NCBI RefSeq assembly: GCF_006345805.1
Contig: NC_042997.1
Location: 182,218,001-182,282,000 of the forward strand
Direction of reading: 5' to 3'
DNA length: 64,000 nt
Source of the DNA: Octopus sinensis
Taxonomy: Eukaryota
Shown: positions 41,906-56,000 of the stretch, one piece after another
Layout of the letters: every line of letters begins with the position of its first letter
How positions within the stretch are numbered: the first letter of the stretch is position 1
Notes under the pieces: model-generated
The model's input: the letters and a program-made list of their open reading frames with translations, nothing else
The model's database searches: none
Told to the model about the DNA's origin: nothing
Program-made: the position numbers and the translations under genes

Positions 41906-42949
41906 GTTTGTATTTGTATGGAATTTTTTTTCTTATTACACCTTTTCAACAACCTCAAGTACATTTACACTAGTTAATGATATAGCTACACTGTAAAGAT
42001 AAAAATTTCAAAGTTATTCAAGTTAAAATTGTAGCTCTCTTAACCACATTGAGCAGTTGCCTGGAGACCCCGTGCATAGGAGGGGGAAATAAGGCTGTTC
42101 TAATCTATGTATGCTGTGGCTTTCTATCATTAAATAATAAAGACTAGAGGCCCCAATTGCATTACCTTGCCAGGAGACCTGCAATGCTGCTAAGATATCC
42201 CTGCTCTTAGCTACAGGGGACCAATCGCATTTGAAATGAGGAAATTGAGTGTCTACATCAAAGGAACAGAAAAGATGTATTTCTTTTTGTAAATTTATTT
42301 TTATGATTAATCAGTGTAATTGAAATAATTTGCTATTGCTTGTTTTTTAAACCACAGATAAAAAATAATAAATATTCATTATAACACCCTAAATAATCCA
42401 TTAGTAGTTTAACTTTCTTCTAATATATTTTTCTCTTTCTTGGCCACTGTCAAATTTGTTTTTTCATTGTTAATAATTCTCAATACTAATATATTAGCTC
42501 ACTGTCAATATTAGAGAATATAAAATGACATTTATTCTCTAGGTAAGGTTGTCTTATGTACCGAGTACAAATTTTTTAATTTGATAATTTATACCTTTAA
42601 ATTAAAAACTTCAAATTCAGTATTCTGTTAAAAAGGTTTATTTTAAAAATACTCCAAACTCTGAGCAAATTTTAAAGCTCTACTAAATTACTTTACATGT
42701 CAGAACATTGTATCACTCCATTTATATGCACAGAGTTAACTTTGTTATGAGCCAAGAAGTGTCATTGGGTAACATTATTTGTGTCTAGTAAAATAATAAT
42801 AAAATGCTAACTTAAATTTTGATGATTTTCCCAAGTCTGCTATTCTAGTTAAACTGCTTCTGCATCAGCTAGGACATCTTAGAACAACCACTGATATTAT
42901 ATTTGAGTAGCTGTTTGTCATTCATTTGTTGAAAAAGAAATTAAACATA

Positions 42950-43375
42950 TAGGTGCAGAAGTGGCTGTGTGGTAAGTAGCTATAGGCACAGGGGTGGTTG
43001 TGCAGTAAATAGCTTGCTTACCATCCACATAGTTCTGGGTTCAGTCCCACTGCATGGCACCTTGGGCAAGTGTCTTCTATTATAGCCTCAGGCCAACCAA
43101 AGCCTTATGAGTGATTTTAGTAGATGGAAACTGAAAGAAGCCCATTGTATATACATATGTATACATTTGTGTGTCTGTGTTTTACCCCTCACCATCGCTT
43201 GAGAACCGATGTTGGTGTGTTTATGTCCTTGTAACTTAACAGTTCGACAAAAGAGATTGATTGAATAAGTACAAGGCTTACAAAGAATAAGTCCTGGGGT
43301 CAATTTGTTCAACTAAAGGCAGTGCTTAAGCATGGCCACAGCCAAATGACTGAGACAAGTAAAAGAATAAAAGAA
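42950..43375 (+). mobile_element. SINE family A (tRNA-derived head, internal microsatellite, AAAAGAAT tail)
   Basis: A-box-like TGGCTGTGTGG, B-box-like GGTTCAGTCCC, body ACCTTGGGCAAGTGTCTTCTA...GGAAACTGAAAGAAGCCC; reverse complement of 26430-26835. Confidence 0.85.
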
Positions 43376-43574
43376 TATTTTAAATGTTGGCATGGGATAG
43401 TCACACACATTGTTATGATGTATATTTAAAGTTGGCTGATTTCTCTTCCCCTCCTTTCTTTGTCTCCCTCCCTCTCTCTCTCTCATTATCATCTATTTAG
43501 CAAAATTTCTTCTGGCATGTTTTGAAAGTTAAAATGCAAAGCATAAAAATTCTGGTCAATATAAGGTATAAGAA

Positions 43575-43760
43575 AGGCAGAGAGCTAGCAGAATCGTTAG
43601 CATGCTGGACAAAATGTCTAGTGGCATTTCATTCATTTTAGTGTTCTGAGTTCAAAATATGCCAAGGCCAGCTTTGCCTTTCATCCTTTTGGGGTTAATA
43701 AAGTAAGTACCAGTTAGTCCTGAAACTGCTGGCCTTGTGCCAAAATTTGAAACCAATATT
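43575..43760 (+). mobile_element. SINE family B copy
   Basis: tRNA-like head (GGCAGAGAGCTAGCAGAATCGTTAGC...GAGTTCAAA) and the shared core. Decayed copies lie near 260-420(-), 1150-1270(-), 3060-3230(+), 26940-27050(-), 32480-32590(-), 44200-44400(+) and 49490-49650(+). Confidence 0.75.
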
Positions 43761-45498
43761 AGATGTAAGAGAATGATTTTGTTTTTTCTTTTTTATTATC
43801 ATTCTCGTTTTTCTTATCTTATAGTGAATATAGTTCCATTCCATTTCTAATTTCACTTATATCTCATCTCAAAATGCTCTTTGGAAAATCTTGAATACAA
43901 CAATTACTATGTACACAGTTACTAATTTCTTGAGCTCAGCCTATACTTCAAAAAAAGAGTAGATATCTTTTTTTCTGAAACCATTGTTATGAATAGAAAG
44001 ACATGCAAAGCAAACCAGATGCAATCCTGTAGTCAGAATCTAATCGTCCTCAATTTCAATCAAATAGTGGGTTGCTTTACCATTTTTGAATGGGTTTATA
44101 AAACAATCACCAATAATACTTTGGGTCAAACCCATTCTGCAGTACTTCCTCTGCTGAAAGGTTTGGTGCTTTTTTTTTTTTTTTTTTATAAGTGTAGTTA
44201 TTGGCAGAATTAAAAAACAATCAGAGTACCATGCAGTATTAAGTTATGTTCCTTTACATTGCGAATTCATATTCTTTCAGGCTTGAATTTGTCTTTAATT
44301 CTTTCTGGGGTTGTTAAAATAAAGTACCAGCCTTGGGAGAACAGTTTAATCAGCTACACTCCTTCTCCAAAAATGTAGGACCTTGTATCTATTTCACATA
44401 TAAAAGCAAAAGAAAGAATGATTTTTTTTTTTTTGCTGCTCTACTGAATTAATAATGATTGTATATCTGGCTTTAATAAGTCATTAGCTCAACATTACTA
44501 CTAAATTAACCTTTTGTTGGCTTTAACAGTGGAGTTGAGAATGCATATCATATCTGTTCTTAATCTAATTGACTACTTTTGTAATGAGAAGCAATTATCT
44601 CAGCTAAAATTAATATAAGTTTGATAGATATTCAGCTCTTTAAATTATGCCAACTGCACTAAAATTTCATCAAATTCTTCCTAATTTATTATCATTCGTT
44701 TTTCCTTCCATTTTATTTAATATATGGCGTAACATTTTTAAAAAGAGCAACTCTTGTATTTTATAAAATTCCTTTTTAAATGTGTATTTAAAATATTTCT
44801 GCTTGTTTATGCATGTTTGTCTGAGAAGAGGAGAAAGACAAACTTAAAGATATAGGGAAAGACAATTATTTCATGAACTGTCATTCGTTTATAGCCAGAC
44901 GTATGTGGGTGTATTCTGCAAACCAATGAGGTGGTGTTTAAATAGTTGCCTAATATACTCAAAATAACAACCAAATCTCACTCAAATTACACCTTACAGT
45001 TTTGAAAAAGGAAGAATATTTTCAATAATATAATCCCACATATATTGTCTGGAAAAACATTTTTCTAGATGGTTATAGTTGCAACACTTGATCATAGATC
45101 TGCTCAACCAGAATTGACAGGACCTAAATAAAACCTAATAACTATACTAATTAACAATAACGACAATGTTATGAAACTTATCACTACCAGTAATACTTTT
45201 ATCAATAATTACTACTACAACTATTTCTAATATATCAGCAACAATTACTATCATAGAAATTGAAGCCAAATCCCCTTCAAATCACACTATGTCTTTAAAA
45301 AAGAACAGGCACATTTGAAAAACAGATGGGATGGTCACAGCTGCAATCCAATCCTAGATGATCTTGATAATGACTGACCTGGAGACAAACAACAACTCCC
45401 ATTCTTCAAATTGTTCTATAACAGCCTATAAGTATTTGTTACAGGACAGGAGTGTAACTTTAAATAAGAATATTTTCATAATTATATCAACTATGTAA

Positions 45499-45825
<327 letters not shown>

Positions 45826-46281
45826 TGAAGTTTCAACATCATAGAGGTCACTAACCCTTATCAGTTCTTTTTCATTGTCACAATCCATTATGAAAACCTA
45901 CAAATTTTCATTTAATCACATGGTCTTAAAAACCATAGCTTTCCATTCTTATCTCTCGTCAAGTGCTTCTCTACTAACTTCAGACAATCTTTCTTTACAC
46001 TTTTACTCAATCTATAACTTAGTATTTTTTTTTTTAATCAACATTATATTTGCTAACAACTTTACTGCCATCTCTCTATTCAAGAATAAATTACTCACTT
46101 ATGTGTATTCTTTTGCTGCCAAGACATCACTTTCTCAATTACTTTACTTACAAAGTTCACTCAATATTTCACTTCTTTAGCTCTGCCAAATTAACTGACT
46201 TAGACATTTCTTCATCTCTTATAACAGTTCTTTTTTCCCTTGTAATTTTCTTAGACCTGCTATAAGTAGCAGTCAGTTCCT

Positions 46282-46445
46282 CTCAAATCACACACACATG
46301 CACACACTCTCCTTTTCTCTCTCTCTTAAAAAGTGGAATCATAATGTAGTCATAAATATATACAAAAAATATGTGCTGGTCATGGTTACAACACCTTTGA
46401 TCATAGGTCTGCTCAATAAGGGCTGACCTGAAACTAAATAACAAC
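46282..46445 (+). repeat. Dispersed repeat family D (SINE-like 3' body)
   Basis: Shared motifs CTCAAATCACAC...TGGTCATGG.TG.AA..CCTTTGATCATAGGTCTGCTCAAT.AGGGCTGACCTG..CTAAA.AACAAC. Copies near 6320-6520(-), 14565-14725(-), 19850-19970, 20455-20640, 23040-23210, 32610-32680, 35940-36110, 44940-45130 and 45265-45395. Confidence 0.75.
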
Positions 46446-47826
46446 TGAAAATCAAAGAAACAAGCTTCTTTTCCAGAGGGTACATGGATTAATCTCTCTT
46501 CCCTTCTCACACAGAAATCTACTAATTCTGTACATTATGTATAGATTCATAAACAGAATATTTAGATCTTTTGATGATCTACTTTCCAACATAGTTAAAT
46601 TATCTGCATAAATCAATGAAAATATGTATCAAATCTTTATCATAGCACCTTTCTTCTTTCTACAGTAACTTAATCTGTAGTCTTTCACTAACCACATTAA
46701 TTTCACATTTTGACATCACTGCTGTTGTCACCTGACAATGATTTAAAGAAACAATACATAAATTTTTTGAAACAATTGTTTTCTTTTTAAGTGAGGTTAA
46801 TACTAATGGTTGTAATAACACATAAAATATTGTTGTTACTTTATAGTTTGATTCATCCTAAAACTATAAGGTAATTGTAAAAAAAACTTTCTGACTTACA
46901 TTTAAGTTATAGATTTAGTCTTGTAATGTGAAAACAGATTATTCTCTCATCTACTCTCAAAATTGTAATAATTTCTAGGTGTAAAGTACATTAAAAGGGA
47001 AGTTGGGAAGTAGAAGTTGATTTGGTTCAGCTAGAGCTTCCTATCGATCTTAGTAATAACTATGCACTTACTATTTTTGGATTATATATTCTTTAAATTC
47101 TTTCAGCTTCAAAACTGCAGTCATGCTGGTTGTGCCACCTGCTCTCAGCAAGTTGACTATTTAGGATCTCTGTTGTTTGGGTAGTCTAAGATCCTTGATT
47201 TACTACAGGTGCAATTATGTACATAGTGAGGTCCTTGAACCCTTCCACATAGGCTGGCCACAAGTCTGTATTCTGTCAAGAGAGTGCCCTAGGTGTGCAA
47301 TACATCTTGCTGTCATGCCTTCTGAGCCATTGACCTATATTGGGTTCTTCTGCCTCATCCAACACTTCAGTCTTCATGCACTTAAGAGGTGATACTCTGT
47401 ACAGCAATCTTCCCAATATTGTTGGTACCCTCTACTTAGTTTTGCTCACTAGCCAAAGTGAGATACCATGATGTGGTAATTGGTGTACACTAATGACTTC
47501 TGGGAGCCCATAAGTGAGAGCTGTGTAGCAGTTGGAGATTAATGCTCCTGTCCACATGTAACAGGTTTACAAAGGTACCACACATTACATGCTACACCAA
47601 ACACCACAGGCTGTATGTATGTCAAATTTTTCTGTTGAATATTCGCAATTCTTATGAAGGATTATTATTGTTAACAATATTATTTTCTTTAACTTGTAGC
47701 AGACAGAAAGAAAATGATTTTATTCAAAATATTATCTGCACTTTCTTCTCAGTCGGTTCAATATTAGAGTATAAGTCTGTGAATTAATGCAGTAATGAAA
47801 TGGTTTTCTGTTTTGTCTCTTTACAG

Positions 47827-47904
47827 TTACAGAGATGTTAGTAAACGTCCTTAATATCTGTTCAGATGATGAGTTGATGACTGAAGGAGATGATACATTT
47901 GAAG
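47827..47904 (+). CDS. PPP3CA: Calcineurin A exon: (V)[25 protein letters not shown]
   Basis: ttacag|TTACAGAGATG...TTTGAAG|gtaact; 78 nt; end of the CnB-binding helix plus acidic linker. Confidence 0.96.
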
Positions 47905-49234
47905 GTAACTTAATATATTTTTTATATAGTTTTATTTGTTTACTTTTGGCTTTTTCATAATCCTTATTTCTTTCTATTACAGGTCTATATGGAATATATA
48001 CTTTCATACACACATGCACACACTTAGCATTGTTTTATTTCACTATTTTAAAATATTTATTAGCAGTTTTGAATTGTGTCTAAACCTTATAAATTATGAA
48101 ACATGATTGCTTTGTAATGTTTAAAGTGCATATATTTTCTTTCCTGAAAAATAATTACATATTTCATGAAAATTAGTCCTATTAATATAAATATTAGGTC
48201 AGCAGTGGTGGGGGAAAGTAGAAAAGATTATAAACTAATAAATCCATTACATATATGCAATTAAATAGTATTTACTAACATGAATAGATTTACTAAACAC
48301 AGTCACTAATTCCTGATGAACATTTTATTTGGCAAAATAAGTATTAATATTTGTTAGTAAAGCATTTAGTAAATTAAATGGAAAGCACATTTCTTTATTA
48401 AATAACTACCAATGTAAATTTTAAAATTCATGCTAGTGAATTCTGTTGTAAAATAGATTTTATTATATTTTTTAAATCAATTCCCTTGTATTAAGAGTAA
48501 TTTTAATTGTTTGAAAATTTTATCTTTGCTCCATTCTATTTTTTCAAGAGCTATTATATTTTTCTGGATTAGTGTAGTATTTTATGTCTAAAAATAGTTT
48601 TGAATAATAAATATTTGTAGTTTTTATATATGCACCAAAAATAGAATTGAGCTATAATTTCAAAATTAGAAATGAATTATTTGTAAAGTTTTATGAAAAT
48701 TACAAATAAGTTGAAACATATTTATTTGGGGCAAGTTGAATAAATTAAATTAAAACCTTTTTAAATTTAATTTAATATGAATTGATATATTTCCTTATGA
48801 ATAACACTCTTTACTCATCAGTACATTATAGAAACTAGAAACAGTTATATATATATATATACACACATACATACATGTTAGATTATCCATAAATAAATCT
48901 TGTTTTTACCACTTTAAAATATATAAAAAGACCACATATATTTATTGATAATCCAATGTGTGTGTATTAGCTTTATTTCATTCTAGATAAGAAAGAAAAT
49001 AATTTCTGTTGTTATTGCCAAATTCTTTATACATTTACAGATCCTAGTATTGTTGAGTAATTTCTTGTTTTGCTTATTTTCTTCTCTCCGAATGATTCCA
49101 TTTATACATCATGTAACTTTCTCCTAAAGGATTTATAATGTAAACTTTACATTTTGTTTCTCTACAATTAACATGATGAATGCTAATAATAAATGTAAAT
49201 TTCTCACTAATATTCTCCTATCTTACTCGAACAG

Positions 49235-49243
49235 CTGAACTTG
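49235..49243 (+). CDS. Candidate 9-nt in-frame microexon of calcineurin A (adds A-E-L)
   Basis: CACTAAT branch-like motif at 49205-49211, pyrimidine tract, then acag|CTGAACTTG|gtaaagt. Phase 1/1 is compatible with the preceding exon. No transcript evidence. Confidence 0.5.
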
Positions 49244-52200
49244 GTAAAGTATGAAACTCACTGCTATAATTCATTAGTACATTTTGAAACTAGCCTAGTT
49301 TGATCATTCCTAGTGCTTACTTCTGTAACCTTGTTGTCATTATCATGGTAAGCTCTTGGGATTAAAATGCTGTGTTATCGGTAAGTGGTTTACTGGCGTG
49401 CTAATCTAAATCTTCTAAGCAAATAGTTCTTGTAGATTAGATTGAACTGGGCAAAGCAGTCGTTGCACTACCTCCTGAAACATGAAAACACCTAGAGAGT
49501 TGGACAAAATGCCTTGTGGCATTTCTTCCAGCTCTTTATATTCTGAATTCAGATCTAACCATGGTCAACTATGCTTTTTATCCTTCTCAGATTGATAAAA
49601 TAAAGTACCCTTGGTTTGTCGATAGTATTGACTAAACCCCTCTCAAATTAGAAATATTACTAGTATTAGTATTTACCCCTAATTATTTTGAGTTCCAGAT
49701 TTATTGAACTGTTAATTTGGTGGTTTGTTTGTTTTCTATTTTCTTTTTTGGAAGTTTTTTTTTTTTTTAGTTTAAAAAGTAATGAGAATTATTATCTTGT
49801 ACTAATTGTTAAAAGAATTGTCCTGGAAAGTACATAAAATATCATTCACTAATGAAATTTAAATTGTTTTGCTGTATAGTAAGTTCTCTCTAAAATAAGA
49901 TTTTACATTTTGTTTTGGTTTGTTTTTGTTCTTTTCATTTTTTTTTTACTTTTCACAAATTTGTAAATCTAGTTGAAGAGTGTATGATTTTTAGAGAAAA
50001 AAATGCATAGTTCTTCTCTTTGGTTACAGAATATCTTAGAAAAACAGCAACTCATAAATGATTAAAGGCAACCCAACATATTACTGGAAATTTGGCAAAG
50101 TATTATACATGCTTCAAACAAGATAAATTCTTATTAATAGAAGCTTGTTTCCAGAAAGGGCAAAACACATGCTAATCAGACTACAAATTATTAGCAATTT
50201 GATTTACTGACTTCAGTATTTTCCCTTGGGATGTAGAAATTTCTCCTAATGTTGAGATTTGCTTTGAAGCAAGACAAGGGAAATAATCTATTGACATGCG
50301 ATGGGGAAATTTATGATGTAGTTACTTGTTTTTTTTTTTCTTTTTCAAATTAATGAGGTCTTCATATTAGGATATATCACTGGCAAATAATCAGCGAATA
50401 CAGAAACAAATTGTAAAAAAGAAAATCATTAAAATATTAGTATTTGATTATCATCTTAAAGATGAGTAAAATAATTCTGGAAGAAGTACTATTCTTTTCA
50501 ATACTAAAACATTATATGAGAAAAAGGTTGTAGTGAGAGCTGTGGTAGGAGTTAACATGTAAAGTCTAAAGAAATAGGTCATCTGAATAGTCATATATTA
50601 GGCAATCACCTGTTTAAAACCACAAACATTTCTCTGGTTTATGTTGCATGACTGAAAGATATGCAAAATGTTTGGTACCTAGTCATATACTACAATGAAA
50701 ATCAGATATAAAACTTTTGTGCCTTGTCTAATTTTCATTGATTTTTTAGTATTTTCATCAGTGATGTCTAAGATAAATACTAGCAGTCACCTATTAATTA
50801 CCATTTATTAATAATGAGGTCATGAGAAGTTGCTTACATTGATTATAAGGTTATGTTTCACAGTAACAGTTCTAATTTGCTAATTGAGTACTGTGGTTAG
50901 CATAATACTGCTTCTCCATAACTAATGGATTAACTAAGCAGAAAATGAGAAGATTTATCCTTACAGAAAAAAAAATGATAAATCAACAGGAAACATTATC
51001 AATCAATTTATTGGGAACAATGATAAAAGCAGTGGTCAGAAAATCATGCCAGATGATGGAAAATCTACCTATTCTGAAACAGTGCCTTATGAATTAAAAT
51101 TTTAGACTGGATTTTGATTTCATCATCTATCATTAATAAATATTTGGGGGACAATCATTGCCAAATAATTTTCAGAAGTATTTTTAAAGGTTTTCTTGAG
51201 ATATATTAAAAACTCAAGTATGACAACTCATGTTGAGTCTATACACAGTCTTACGCTCACATATATATTTAAATTTTGTATCACAATTTATAAGCAATAA
51301 TACTGGTTCACTGCATTTCATTTGGTGAGAATGGCAAATTGGTGTCTGTAATTTTTTATAAAAATATTGCAGAGGAATATATTCAGAAACCACCAGTTTT
51401 TCAGTTTTTTCACCAACATATTTGAGCAGAAAGACACCCAGATGCACATTTATGTGTGTGTGTATTGGGTTTCTGCATAATTTCCATGTACCAAATTCAA
51501 CTCACAAGTTATCAATCAGCTTGAGGCTATGGCAGAAAACACCTTTCCAATGTTCTACAAAGATGGATATGATCTAGAACCATTTAATTGAGAATCAAAA
51601 TTTTCAACCATACAATTATGCTGTTTGAGCCTGTTCTTGCAAAAATCTTAAGTTCAATTTGGTTAGATCACATGCTATCTCATTCAGGCACTACACTAGA
51701 TGATAAAATATATTTCTACTGACAATATAATTAGAAAAGATATTACCTTTATATTTTTAGTATGTGTGTACGAAAGGCAATATCTTGATGTTGGTTGTCA
51801 TAAGTAGTCCTTGTTATTTTTATTATTGGGCATTTATCCCAATTCTTTACTTAGTGCCTCAAATCATGATATGGTCAGCTTTGCTGGATTAATTTTAAAA
51901 TAAGGTATCAAATCTCATAATGACACTGGTATTCAGTGATATTGGCCCTTGCCCTTCACTTGGACATCACCTGTAGCATGGAGAGGGGAGACCACTGGTC
52001 TTCCATATAATCTTGCCCAGATCTGTGCTCTGGACAAGATATTCCAGTGTCACTATCACCTCACCACTGTCCACCAGGACTAGAAGTGAGACTTTCCAGG
52101 AACATATGAACATCAAAAATTATATATATATACATATACACTCTTTCCTTAGATTTTATTTTATTCTAAAACTATTTTCTTCTTTTATTAACTTCCTTTT

Positions 52201-52350
52201 GTTTATTTTCTTATTTTAAATTTGATACTATTCTAGTTTATAATAATTCAAAGAAATTTGTTTCAGTATCATCAAACTCTGAATAAATAAATATATATAT
52301 ATATATGTATATATATATCATCATCATCATCATCATCATCATTTAGCGTC

Positions 52351-52638
52351 ATATATATATATATATATACATACATACACACACTTTATTTTCTGTTGAA
52401 AAATTAGTTTAGAAGTGTTTCATTGTAAATTAATGTATAATTTAAATATTACTGAAGACATTTTCCAATTCTTATTACAGTTTTTATCACATTGCATCAT
52501 GTCATTACTATTTGCTTTGAAGTTTTTACCATTATCTACCAGTAGTCATACCATTAAGGCATGGCAAGCATTATTATTTTATTACACATATTCACACACA
52601 TATATATATTATATGTACATATATATGTATATATATAC

Positions 52639-52683
<45 letters not shown>

Positions 52684-52948
52684 CATACACACACTTTATT
52701 TTCTGTTGAAAAATTAGTTTAGAAGTGTTTCATTGTAAATTAATGTATAATTTAAATATTACTGAAGACATTTTCCAATTCTTATTACAGTTTTTATCAC
52801 ATTGCATCATGTCATTACTATTTGCTTTGAAGTTTTTACCATTATCTACCAGTAGTCATACCATTAAGGCATGGCAAGCATTATTATTTTATTACACATA
52901 TTCACACACATATATATATTATATGTACATATATATGTATATATATAC

Positions 52949-52980
<32 letters not shown>
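52351..52980. repeat. Apparently perfect 310-bp tandem duplication bounded by (TA)n
   Basis: 52361.. and 52671.. both read ATATATATACATACATACACACACTTTATTTTCTG...; identical ORFs start at 52415 and 52725. Confidence 0.95.
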
Positions 52981-53012
<32 letters not shown>

Positions 53013-56000
53013 TATATATATATTCTAGTCATGATATATAATTTTTTTAATTGATATATTTATATTTATTTTTCTATATTTTGAAATGTAGATTTTATTC
53101 TCAACCTAGCTATGATTGTGGAGTAGATGAATGTTTTAGAGCTACTACTGCTGCAGGTGCTTTATATTCTGTCATTTAAATCCACTGGGCCACTGTTAGA
53201 TGAACATCAGCTATGCTTTTTAATGATAAAGTTTCTGTCTTTAACCACCCCCTCCTTTTTATCTGATTATAAATTCTTTTCTGTACAGTATAAATTTTAA
53301 GTATTGATAGTGCATTCTTTGCCTATTTTTCTTTTGCTTCAGTTCTGTGTTTCTTTTTACACAATCTATGGCTCTTTTATAAACTGTGTCTAATTCCAGT
53401 TTGTCTAAGTCTATTTTCCTAGTATTGATATTATGATGAGTTTTCTTGAATTCTTTACATCACTGTCAATGTTTTTATGCTCTGTATTTCAATCAGTCTG
53501 ATCTCCAACTATGTGATCATTGATCCTGACTAGAATTGACCTTGTAAACTTTATTACAAACATACCGTAAGCCATTGTTATATTTCCTAAAGGGTTGTAT
53601 TTTAAGAAGAGAAAGCCATAGATTTGTTATAATTTTGGATGATTCAGGCCAATGAAGGATATTAAATTGATTCATACCTTTTGAAGATATGTTGAATCCA
53701 GATCAGACTAGTGAAATATTTTACATAAAAACATGTAGTTTGATGTAGGTATTTTGAAACATTATCATAGTATCAATGCAAATTCATTTTTAGGATGCAT
53801 AACTACGGAACATTAATTCCATTAAATATGGATAAATCCTCTTGCTACCATTAGATAGTTAATTTAAACATATCATACACAGCCACATTGCACATAAATA
53901 GAAGAATTGTTACAAATGTCATGAAATCCTTTATTAGACATTGCAGTGAAAATATGTTGGCTCACAAAAGAATATAGAAACAAAGTAAAGTATTTTTTAA
54001 AGTACTAAAAAAATTGAAGATTATGTTTCAAAAAAGAATGAAACAAAGTTTTGCTAACATAAGCAGAAGCCATCTTTACAATGACAGATCATTTGTTTGA
54101 TTTTCTTTCATTTTTATTTATTGAGCACTATTTAAGAAGTCTAATTCATACCAATGTATTATTTTGTTTTAAATCCTATTCTTTATAAATATAAATTTAT
54201 TTCTATATATTTCATATATATTTTCCCAATAAACTTCTCCTAAATGTATAATCCCCTGCACTAAAGTTTTTTTTTTCTTTTTTTCTTTTTTTTTCACATT
54301 GAATGGCTTTTTTTCTATCTGCATTTTTAATATCCTGTTCCGACTAGTTTCTTCTCTGTCTACACGTAATCAAATTCATCAATTTTTCTATTGTAAAAAT
54401 AATTATTGTATTTGTTGTCTTCCTTTTCCTTTTTAATGTTTTTTGTTTTATTTGGTCTCATTATAATCAACCTTTTTTAATGTGTGGTTAAGATAAACTT
54501 ACTAAATTGTACCTATTTCTTAAAAGTTTTCTTGTATCTAATTCTGGCCTTTCATTTGCGTACCAATTCAAATGTAATATGTAAGGGCATGCTCTTGTTC
54601 AATTTTCTAAACTATCTAATTTTCAGATACATTTATGTATTTTCTGCTTCTTAAATTTTAGATAATCTCAGTTTAGTCCGTATTTGTGCCATCTTCACAT
54701 TATTCCCTCCCTTACTTGGTTCACATTATCATAAAATTAAAAGTCTTACTCTAGTCTCTTTCTTAATGTTGTTTTATACATTAACACTAAAATTGATGCA
54801 CTTAGACATTTACTTATGAATTTTTTTCTAAACAAGGGTTTTTACACTAGATGCCCTTCCTACTACTAACTCCTCAGCCAGAAACATATATATATGTATA
54901 TATGTTTTGTTTGCTCATGAATTAGATAATCCTACGATTTAAATATTCATACAAATTACTAGAAATGTTGTGAAGTTAAGCAACCTTCCTCATACATAAC
55001 ATCCATCTCTTTACATGATTTTTAATTTCCATTTGTTTGAAAGCAGCAAGTAATGTGCTCTACTAAAAGGGTACTGACACAACTCCTCTGGTCAAATTCA
55101 GTTTCCTGTTCTTTTCATCCATGATGGCACAGTACTTATCCTCTGTGCCTATAATAATTTTTCTACTTCATATCTAATATTTCAATTATTAATAAACATG
55201 TGTAAGCGAATATGTGAACACAATCACATATATTCACCACTTCTTTCTTTTGTTATAAAATTGTTTTATTTTAACTAGCCATCAGAACAAATATGTTTAG
55301 AGGCTGAGAAGTTAATGTATTAAAACCACTTGTGCCTTTTTCAAGGACATTAACGTCATTGAAATGATTTTGAATATAGGACATTGTCAAATTTCAGCTC
55401 ACTAAGAGTTTAATATGTACTTTATGATAAGCATCATATTTTGTCTGATAGAAATTATTATGAACAAATTTTTGAGGTTTGTTTTTTTAAATAAATAAAT
55501 CTGTTTAACAGGTGATCTTTATTGTGTCTGTGGTCCATTGTTATAAAAACTTTGTGAAGATATTCTTAGGTTTTAAGCTACTTTTTCATCTCAAACATCA
55601 TCTGTTCTCAACATCAAAATACTTTTCAATTAAGTCAAATTTCCATTAACTTCACCTTTTTAGAATTCAGTGTTAACAAGAGGATGTCTTGCTTAATGGC
55701 CATAGATTTCATTATTATTCATTTTAGATTGACAGATGATTTCAAGCAAGCAGTTTAATAAATCTCACAAATTAAAAATGTATATGGATTACTCTTTCAC
55801 TGGATCCAATTAGTGGACTGCAGCCATGCTGGGGGACAGCCTCTGATACATTAACTTAGCTATAACCACACTCTACATAGTATTTTTTTTTTTAGTAAAT
55901 GTTTATAATTGTTGAAATTTCTATTAAAGACTATTGTTCTGTTATTTTAAATCCAGTTATAAATCCTTAGTGTAGCTTCTAAGAGGATTGAATATTGAAG

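Noticed and set aside
42950-43060. tRNA gene
   Set aside because: It has A/B-box-like motifs but no cloverleaf, and it continues into a SINE body. The short duplicated head at 42950-42980 is a local rearrangement.
53092-53156. Possible extra exon: CTACTACTGCTGCAG (ATTAA, similar to the linker before RKEVIR), or a stop-containing terminal exon (DFILNLAMIVE*)
   Set aside because: It needs a GAG acceptor and a weak GTGCTT donor, the sequence is low complexity, and there is no independent support.
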